In this document: positions 55,736 to 64,000 of the stretch, one piece after another
How the letters are laid out: each line of letters opens with the position of its first letter
Position numbering within the stretch: position 1 is the first letter of the stretch
DNA from: Gammaproteobacteria bacterium
GTDB lineage: Bacteria; Pseudomonadota; Gammaproteobacteria; SZUA-229
Assembly: GCA_024636785.1 (NCBI GenBank)
Contig: JAGXGK010000053.1
Coordinates: 1,525 to 65,524 of the forward strand
Length of the DNA stretch: 64,000 bases
Direction: 5' to 3'
Translations under genes and position numbers: made by a program
Notes under the pieces: generated by a model
Databases searched by the model: none
The model's input: the letters and a program-made list of their open reading frames with translations, nothing else
What the model was told of the DNA's origin: nothing

Positions 55736-58282
55736 TTAAGCGGTATGTTGCTTGAGCCTGAGCAATGGGCTGATAAGCAGTAACAACAGAACGTACAGGT
55801 TGATTGCGCCGCCACCACCTGGTTTGGTGATTTTGGACTGCGCACTCAGGGTATAGCCTGCATCCAGGCCGGCGGTGTTGAAGCCGGTGACGACGAGGTA
55901 ATAGGTTCTGCCCATGATCAGTTCCGCGCTGATGCTTTCCACAGGGCTGGTTGTGCTTTCACTGCTGGCAATAACGGTTTTGCCGGTGCTGTCGTACAGG
56001 TATAAGTCGAGGTCGTAATTGCCGTAGTTACTGAGGGTGAAGCTGTAACCGACTGCCTCGGCGATGAAGACGAAGTAATCATCCGGGTCCTGTACGTTGT
56101 TGACGATGCCATTCAGGACGGATGGGAGAATCAATGTCTGTGCCTGGGCGGGGAAATTATTGGGTTCGATATCGTCACCATTCTCGACACCGTTGGCAGT
56201 GCCGCAGTTATAACTACCGCCGATCAGATCTGTTGGCAGGGTTTCACCCGTTCCATTTTTTAACTCAAAATCGACATCGGAGATATCGAAGAAAATATTA
56301 TCCGAACAGACGACTTTTACTCTGGCATTGCCGGCGACTGCATTTGCGAAGTTAACTTCTGCAATGCCGTTATTGGGTGTGCTTTCAATCAAGGGGATAA
56401 AAGTGATTCCATTATCTGTCGAATAGAGGATATCAACGCTGGCGCAACTAACCGGAAGCTGTTCGGTGCAGGCGGCGTTCCACTGGATAGATTGCGGTTG
56501 TGCTGAATCAAGTATTGCGCTGGTATTCGGCTGTAAGATCTCAAACGGCCCAATGTCGCCGTTGACGATGATCTGCATATCGTCAATAGCGACGCCGCCG
56601 TTGCCGTCACGCGCGATGAAGCGGAAATTCAGAGTTCGGTTTTCAGTGGGAAGGGTTTCCGCTCTGTCAGATGTGTTACTCAACTGGGTTGTGAGCTGAG
56701 GAAAAACTCTCACGGGTGTATCCTTTGGCTCAAATGATCTGAACAGGGCGTTGCTGCCGAGGTCGCTGCCGTGGGTGGTAGCGGTAGTGGCGATGCCTGC
56801 GTCCATTTGATCCCACTGGTAACTTAAGACATCAGCTACGTCCGGGTCGGTCGCGGTGCCGGTGAGCGCAAAGGCGGTGCCGCCGGGGATGATGCAGTTG
56901 GTGGGGTTAGTACAATTATTCTGAGCTGCATCAGCGATCGGCGCCCGTTGCGTGGTAATGCTACCGGCACAGTTGTTATCGGTGCTGTTTCGAGTGAAGT
57001 TAATGATTTCTTCGATGCTACCAGCGTGGAAAGTGGCATCGGAAAACTTCTGTAAATTTTCAGCGCCGCAGATGCCGGCATAGGCCATGATGGTGGAGCC
57101 ACTGCCCGGTTCGAACGCGGTTTCTGCATTACGATTGCCGCTTCCACAATTCAGGGTGGTGCCGTTAAAGCTGTGATTGGCCCCCAGCTGGTGGCCGATT
57201 TCGTGGGCGAGTATGTCGATATAAAAAGGATCGCCGGTGGGATCAGTGTCGCCGGATGCACCGCGAGCCTTGTAATCCGTCCGGCAGGCAACGCCCAGCG
57301 CGGCCAGACCGCCACCGGAGGTGCTTAGTACATGGCCGATGTCGTAATTTTCAGGTTTAATTATATTGTGCAACGTTTCCTGATTTTCATCGAGCAACTT
57401 GGAGAGGTCAGTAGGGTCGTAGGGATCATCATTTGGAGCAGTGAAAATGATCTCACTATTATTGACAACCAGTTCCAGTCTGATGGCCAGATCGCGTTCG
57501 AAAATTTCATTGACGCGGCTGATTGCAACGGTAATTTCATACATCGCATCTCTTTTTATATCTGCATCTAATGTCGAACCCGGATTTCTAACGGCCTGAG
57601 TGTATTCACCGGTTGCGGCAACGGCGATGCGGTAACTGATTTTGTCAGCTGTGCTGGTACGCGCGGCGGTGACCAGCTCGGTGCTTTTAAACTCTTCCAC
57701 CGGGCTTTGTGTGTCTGACTCTGTTTTTACGCCGCAGGAAAACTGCCTGGGCTGTATGCCGGCATAGTCGCGTTTGTAGTAACTGTAGTATTGCTGATCG
57801 GAGTCGGGCACGGGGTCGATGAAGACTTCGCCGTCAGGGGTAAACAGATAGCCTCGAAAGCCGTTGGGGCCGATGTTGACTACGCCGCGGATGCCGGCGT
57901 CACTTACGGCGATGGCTTTGTAGGTTTTTATCTGCGGATATCTGGCCGCCAGTTCCGCTGCCATGACCGATGATTCGTAGACATTAAAGGTTTGCAGGTC
58001 GCCGTAGGGCATGGGCAAGTCGAGCTGTACCGGTGCTGGTGATTTTGCCAGCTGACCTACGGGCACGGTATCGGCATTGGCGAGTGCGCCTTTGAGCTGA
58101 TCGTAACTGACCGAAACGCGGCGGGAGTTTTTGTGTGGGTCGGGTTGTGCTGTGGAGATAGAAACGGCCAATGCAGCCGCCGGACTTTTATCTGCATCCG
58201 ATACATCGGACCAGAGTGATTCCGCCAGCAGGGGTTGCGGCAGAAGCACGAGAAGCGTCAGAGCTATCAGGTATCTGTTCAT
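55736..58282 (-). CDS. Secreted reprolysin-like (M12B) zinc metalloprotease with C-terminal pre-peptidase-type domain and GlyGly-CTERM-like sorting tail
   Basis: The 848-aa product has a signal peptide, MNRYLIALTLLVLLPQPLLA. The zinc site is HEIGHQLGANHSF. The C-terminus KPGGGGAINLYVLLLLLISPLLRLKQ consists of a Gly run, a hydrophobic helix and basic residues. Confidence 0.75.
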   Translation of the reverse strand: MNRYLIALTLLVLLPQPLLAESLWSDVSDADKSPAAALAVSISTAQPDPHKNSRRVSVSYDQLKGALANADTVPVGQLAKSPAPVQLDLPMPYGDLQTFNVYESSVMAAELAARYPQIKTYKAIAVSDAGIRGVVNIGPNGFRGYLFTPDGEVFIDPVPDSDQQYYSYYKRDYAGIQPRQFSCGVKTESDTQSPVEEFKSTELVTAARTSTADKISYRIAVAATGEYTQAVRNPGSTLDADIKRDAMYEITVAISRVNEIFERDLAIRLELVVNNSEIIFTAPNDDPYDPTDLSKLLDENQETLHNIIKPENYDIGHVLSTSGGGLAALGVACRTDYKARGASGDTDPTGDPFYIDILAHEIGHQLGANHSFNGTTLNCGSGNRNAETAFEPGSGSTIMAYAGICGAENLQKFSDATFHAGSIEEIINFTRNSTDNNCAGSITTQRAPIADAAQNNCTNPTNCIIPGGTAFALTGTATDPDVADVLSYQWDQMDAGIATTATTHGSDLGSNALFRSFEPKDTPVRVFPQLTTQLSNTSDRAETLPTENRTLNFRFIARDGNGGVAIDDMQIIVNGDIGPFEILQPNTSAILDSAQPQSIQWNAACTEQLPVSCASVDILYSTDNGITFIPLIESTPNNGIAEVNFANAVAGNARVKVVCSDNIFFDISDVDFELKNGTGETLPTDLIGGSYNCGTANGVENGDDIEPNNFPAQAQTLILPSVLNGIVNNVQDPDDYFVFIAEAVGYSFTLSNYGNYDLDLYLYDSTGKTVIASSESTTSPVESISAELIMGRTYYLVVTGFNTAGLDAGYTLSAQSKITKPGGGGAINLYVLLLLLISPLLRLKQHTA

Positions 58283-58589
58283 TCAACTATTCATGTTCAG
58301 TTTTCAAACTCTGGTTCAGCACCGGTCATTTCCATGATACCGGCTCGATTTTGGCCGGTAGCCATTGTTTCTGGTTTCCATGGATTTTTTGATATTGCAG
58401 GAGAATAACGAACTTTATTTTCGTCATTAAATGATTTGCCATTACAGTATCGCTTTGCTGTCTTTTCCTGTCAGCCTGATAAATAGATACCGGCCACAAA
58501 TACGCCAGAATGATGATTAGCTATGACACATTTCCATCGACCCGGTTCAATTCTGGCCGGCATCTACTGTACAAAAGTTTTTTAACCCA

Positions 58590-59903
<1,314 letters not shown>

Positions 59904-59953
59904 TTAATTAATATTGAATATTTTCATTATTGACCAATAAGGTTATTGGTCGA

Positions 59954-61135
59954 CTAAATATCTACTACCTGCCACTCATTCTCTACCAGCTGCAATTGCT
60001 GATTACATTGCATGGCTCTGGCGTCACCGTCTTGCCCTGCTAACTGCTCAATCACGCAAATCCCCTGTGCACGAATCTCATTAATTTTTTTCTTCAACGC
60101 CGGGTCAATAACCGCCGGCGCATAGACGCGACTGGTTTTTTCAAACTGCCGCATGGTCAGATAATCCAGCAGTTTTAAATCGGTACTGAACCCGGTAGCG
60201 GCGCGGGCACGACCGAAAATCCGACCGATATCGTCATAACGACCACCACGCGCAATCGCCACCCCTGAACCGGGTACGAAAGCGGCGAAGACGACGCCGG
60301 TCTGATAATGATAACCGTGCAGTTCTGCCAGATCGAAATTAAAACCGACATCAGGAAAACGCGCCATGATTAGTGTCGCGGTTTTTTCAAGATAATCAAT
60401 CGCCTCATGAACACCGGCATCGGCTTTGGCGAGTTGTGTACGCGCACGTTGCAAGACGCTAATGTCACCATTCAACTCCGCCAGACTGGCTAACATTTCA
60501 CGCAGCTCACTATCGATGTCGAGTTCGGCTAGCAGCTGCTCAATTTCAGGCACGGCTTTGCGTTGCAGCATTTCAAAAAGTCGGCTTTCATCTTCTACGT
60601 TCAGTTTGGCCTGCCTGGCCAGACCTTTGAAGATGTCGACATTGCCGAGATCAACCACTACGTTGTCGACACCGGCAACTAAAAAAGTATTCAGCATCAA
60701 CCCCAGAATTTCAACATCAGACTCCACACCGGCGTGGCCGTACAGTTCGGCTCCCACCTGTAACGGACTGCGGCTGCCGCCAAAACTATCCGGACGGGCG
60801 TGCAAAACGGTGCCGATATAGCACAGACGGGTCGGCACATCGCGATTCAGCTGATGCGCATCTATGCGCGCCACCTGCGGCGTCATGTCGGCACGCACTC
60901 CAAGAGTTCGACCGCTGACCTGGTCGATTAACTTGAAGGTTTGCAGGTCAAGGTCGTGACCGGTGCCGGTTAACAGCGATTCGATATGATCAATGAACGG
61001 TGGCATCACCAGCTCATAACCCCATGTAGCATAGAGGTCGAGCAGGTCACGACGTAGAATTTCAAGGCGCACTGCATGTTCCGGCAGCGCCTCTTCAATC
61101 CCTTGGGGGAGTACCCAGTGTTCTTTGCTCGTCAT
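59954..61135 (-). CDS. hisZ: ATP phosphoribosyltransferase regulatory subunit HisZ
   Basis: The product is HisRS-like without an anticodon-binding domain (LPQGIEEALP...LRRDLLDLYATWGYELVMPP...). It sits in the purA-adjacent position typical of hisZ. The start is taken at MTSKEH (61135). Confidence 0.85.
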   Translation of the reverse strand: MTSKEHWVLPQGIEEALPEHAVRLEILRRDLLDLYATWGYELVMPPFIDHIESLLTGTGHDLDLQTFKLIDQVSGRTLGVRADMTPQVARIDAHQLNRDVPTRLCYIGTVLHARPDSFGGSRSPLQVGAELYGHAGVESDVEILGLMLNTFLVAGVDNVVVDLGNVDIFKGLARQAKLNVEDESRLFEMLQRKAVPEIEQLLAELDIDSELREMLASLAELNGDISVLQRARTQLAKADAGVHEAIDYLEKTATLIMARFPDVGFNFDLAELHGYHYQTGVVFAAFVPGSGVAIARGGRYDDIGRIFGRARAATGFSTDLKLLDYLTMRQFEKTSRVYAPAVIDPALKKKINEIRAQGICVIEQLAGQDGDARAMQCNQQLQLVENEWQVVDI

Positions 61136-61166
61136 CACCAATACCGTTATTATTTTTGTTGTCGCA

Positions 61167-61352
61167 CTATCGACTGAGATAAAGCACCAGCACACCAATG
61201 AGCATGCTGGAGAAGCCGATTATCCTGAGCGTTTTATTCGGGAATCGACTTGCCTGAAGCATTGCCTGACGCCAGCCGTCCGGGCTTAGAAAGGGCATCA
61301 TGCCCTCTATTACCAGTACCAGAGCAATGGCCCTGACAAGATCGTCCCACAT
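61167..61352 (-). CDS. DUF2065 (YjeT-like) small membrane protein
   Basis: The 61-aa product reads ALVLVIEGMMPFLSPDGWR. It lies downstream of hflC, as in other gammaproteobacteria. Confidence 0.75.
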   Translation of the reverse strand: MWDDLVRAIALVLVIEGMMPFLSPDGWRQAMLQASRFPNKTLRIIGFSSMLIGVLVLYLSR

Positions 61353-61368
61353 ATTTAAAACGCCTTAA

Positions 61369-62232
61369 CTATTTCGCATTGGGATTTTTAAAGTACTTGA
61401 AGTACTCGGAATCCGGCTCTAGCAGAATAATGTCTTCGTTGTCGGAAAAGTTTCCGGTATATGCATTCAGGCTTCGGTAGAACTTGTAAAATTCACGATC
61501 TTTACCGAAAGCATCAGCATAAGTTGCCGTCGCTTTAGCATCACCATCACCACGGGCAATTTCTGAATCGCGGTAGGCTTCGGCCAGAATGACAGTGCTT
61601 TGGCGATCGGCATCTGCACGAATACGTTCCGATGCTTCTTCACCTTTTGAACGCCAATCGCGCGCTACCAGTTCACGACCAGTACGCATACGATTGTATA
61701 CAGAGCTACTTACTTCCGAAGGCAGTTCGATTTTCTTGATGCGTACATCAACCACTTTGATACCTAATGTGTCGGCTTTTTCTGAAGCTCTGTCCGTCAT
61801 CAGGCGCATTATGTCGGTACGTTCACCTGCTACCACTTCCTGAATAGTGCGTTTACCAAACTCTGCACGTAGACCGTTGTTAATGACTTCGTACAATAGT
61901 GCTCCAGCGGTGTTTTCGTTACCACTGGTGGTCTGATAGTAGGTCGCTACATCTTCGATGCGCCACTTAACATAGGAATCAACAATCAGATATTTCTGCT
62001 CGACAGTGGCAAAGCTGCCAGGGCGAGTATCGATTGTTAAAATTCGATTATCGAATTTTTTAACTTCGTTAAACGGGTAAGGCAGCTTCCAGTGTAAGCC
62101 GGGTTCATAATCGGCATTAACGATTTCACCAAACTTGAACAGAATCGCATGTTCTCTTTCGTCAACAAAAAACACACTCAGATAAACAACCAGCAATACG
62201 AGCGGCAGAAAAATTTTCAATACATTAGCCAT
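61369..62232 (-). CDS. hflC: FtsH protease modulator HflC
   Basis: The 287-aa product has an SPFH domain. It lies immediately downstream of hflK. Confidence 0.9.
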   Translation of the reverse strand: MANVLKIFLPLVLLVVYLSVFFVDEREHAILFKFGEIVNADYEPGLHWKLPYPFNEVKKFDNRILTIDTRPGSFATVEQKYLIVDSYVKWRIEDVATYYQTTSGNENTAGALLYEVINNGLRAEFGKRTIQEVVAGERTDIMRLMTDRASEKADTLGIKVVDVRIKKIELPSEVSSSVYNRMRTGRELVARDWRSKGEEASERIRADADRQSTVILAEAYRDSEIARGDGDAKATATYADAFGKDREFYKFYRSLNAYTGNFSDNEDIILLEPDSEYFKYFKNPNAK

Positions 62233-63375
62233 TTATCTAACCTCTCTTGAACGTGTGTTGTTATTGGTTTGCTGGCGAGTCATATCTTTTAAGATATCAC
62301 TTCGTTGCGACTCCGTCATAGAGGCACTGCCCGAAGTTCCATCGCGTGACATCAACTTATCGAGAGGCAGGTATAAAAGATTATTACTACCTTTAACATC
62401 AACCATAACTTTGGAGCTTTTGTTCAACACCGACTCCATCATGTCCAGATACAAACGATCACGAGTAACTCCCGGTGATTTATTATATTCCAGGAGCAGT
62501 TTAGTAAAACGTTCGGCCTCACCTTCCGCTCTGGCAACTACTTCCTGCTGGTAAGCATCAGCTTCCTCCAGAATACGTGCAGCGGCACCACGAGCATCAG
62601 GCAGAACCTGGTTTCGATATGATTCGGCACCATTGATAGAACGCTGATAATCTTCACGCGCCTGAATAACATCCTGGAATGCAGCACGTACCGGTTGTGG
62701 CGGATTTACATCCTGAATATTAACTTCAACGATGGACAGACCTGCGCCATATTGATTAACAATATCCTGTACGGTATTTTGTATTCTCATGGAAATTTCA
62801 CTACGACCTTCGGTAATAATGAAATCCATTTTACTTTGACCAACAATCTGTCTAACTGAAGCTTCAATCGCCTGATTGAGCGTCAATTCCGGATTGTTAA
62901 CATTAAATAAATAGTGCTCCGCATTATCGATTCGATATTGCAGACTGCCCTGAAGCTCAATGATGTTTTCATCCTGAGTCAGTACGGTGGCTTTATAAGG
63001 AACCTGACGGCGTTCCTGCACATTGACCTTTTCTACTGATTCGAGAGGCGCGGGCAAGTGCCAGTGCAGACCACTGCCGACGGTATCAACATAAGCACCA
63101 AAACGTAAAATGACGCCACGCTCGGCTTCCTGAACTTTATAAAAGCCGGTAGCCATCCACAATAAAGCAAGAATAATGACAATTATGCCAATGCCGATTC
63201 CAGCACCCGGTACGGATGATTTTGAACCACCTCCGCCGCCGCCAAAAAGAGCACTAAATTTTTTCTGCAACTTCGACAGAATCTCATCGAGATCCGGTGG
63301 TCCCTGATCGTTGCCGCGATTACCGCCGCCCCAGGGATCTTTTTTGTCGTTGCCGCCAGGTTCATTCCAGGCCAT
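62233..63375 (-). CDS. hflK: FtsH protease modulator HflK
   Basis: The 380-aa product starts MAWNEPGGNDKKDPWGGG...PPDLDE. A TM helix and an SPFH domain follow. Confidence 0.9.
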   Translation of the reverse strand: MAWNEPGGNDKKDPWGGGNRGNDQGPPDLDEILSKLQKKFSALFGGGGGGSKSSVPGAGIGIGIIVIILALLWMATGFYKVQEAERGVILRFGAYVDTVGSGLHWHLPAPLESVEKVNVQERRQVPYKATVLTQDENIIELQGSLQYRIDNAEHYLFNVNNPELTLNQAIEASVRQIVGQSKMDFIITEGRSEISMRIQNTVQDIVNQYGAGLSIVEVNIQDVNPPQPVRAAFQDVIQAREDYQRSINGAESYRNQVLPDARGAAARILEEADAYQQEVVARAEGEAERFTKLLLEYNKSPGVTRDRLYLDMMESVLNKSSKVMVDVKGSNNLLYLPLDKLMSRDGTSGSASMTESQRSDILKDMTRQQTNNNTRSREVR

Positions 63376-63507
63376 GTAATACTCCTACTTTTATATTATG
63401 GAAGGCGGCTGTCCTGTTTGGAAAACAGCTACCAAAACAGATAGCATTTTAGGGATGTTAGAGCATCCCCGCAAGCTACGATGAGATTTAGAGTCGTAAA
63501 TACCGAC

Positions 63508-64000
63508 TCAAGTGACCGGCGTGGCGAGCAGCATATCATCAGTGAGCCCTTCTCGCTGAAGCAATTGCTGATAATCACGTTTTGAAATTCTAACATTCAG
63601 ATGAGAGCAGCCGGCTTCGTCGACGCTTTCGGATTTCACCGCACTTAGTTCAAACAGTCTGGCGCGAATTTTCGCCTGCGCCGGTTGCAGCATGATTTCA
63701 CCTGAAAGCACGTCCTCACGGAAGTAATCGGCGAGCACTTTTTCAAGCAAATCAATGCCTTCGCCGGTTGCGGCAGAGAGCCAGACCCGTTTGACCGAGC
63801 CGTCACTGTGATAATCAATACGCGGTTCGGTGCCGGTTTGATCGACTTTATTCATCACCTGAATTAAATAGACATTATCGGCACCGATCTGGTTCAGCAC
63901 AGTTTCGACTTCGTTGACATTGCCTTCCCTGTTTTCGTCGGCGGAGTCGATGACATGCAGCAACAGCTGGGCCTCGGTGGTCTCTTGCAAGGTGGAGCGA
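63508..64000 (-). CDS. hflX: GTPase HflX, C-terminal part (5' end outside the window)
   Basis: The frame is open to the window edge. The product reads LLHVIDSAD...LIQVMNKVD...SAATGEGIDLL. The hflX-hflK-hflC order is conserved. Confidence 0.85.
   Translation of the reverse strand, partial: RSTLQETTEAQLLLHVIDSADENREGNVNEVETVLNQIGADNVYLIQVMNKVDQTGTEPRIDYHSDGSVKRVWLSAATGEGIDLLEKVLADYFREDVLSGEIMLQPAQAKIRARLFELSAVKSESVDEAGCSHLNVRISKRDYQQLLQREGLTDDMLLATPVT

Overview
This is a 64 kb chromosomal segment of a gammaproteobacterium with about 50% GC by eye. Conserved neighbourhoods support that placement: purA-hisZ-hflC-hflK-hflX, tamA-tamB, ppk/ppx, and rnr next to an E. coli-like tRNA-Leu(CAG). A Tat-exported HiPIP, a DsrC/TusE-like domain, a Gly/Asn/Tyr-rich secreted protein resembling sulfur-globule envelope proteins, a TauE/SafE exporter and NnrS suggest a sulfur-oxidising lifestyle (Chromatiales/Thiotrichales-like or a symbiont). 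That lifestyle call is inference only. I could support about 60 protein genes, 1 tRNA, 2 pseudogenes, two related MITE-like families (two full copies each, plus fragments of family A) and several REP-like repeat families. I found no CRISPR array, rRNA, transposase, integrase or prophage. Most of the window is housekeeping. The first 15 kb is unusually rich in divalent-cation and ion transport genes: MscS, two CorA-type channels, MgtE, a P2-type ATPase and two VIT-type proteins. The best candidates for something undescribed are: (i) a tightly coupled DUF211 / VIT-like / P-type ATPase / LapA-like operon; (ii) a DJ-1/PfpI::DsrC-like fusion in which both domains have lost their canonical reactive cysteines, next to HiPIP; (iii) an unannotated 45-aa MGCCGSCGG acidic peptide downstream of nnrS; (iv) a sulfur-globule-protein-like gene with a Lys/Ala-rich membrane protein downstream. 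None of these could be confirmed without database searches. All function calls rest on my own recognition of motifs in the translations.
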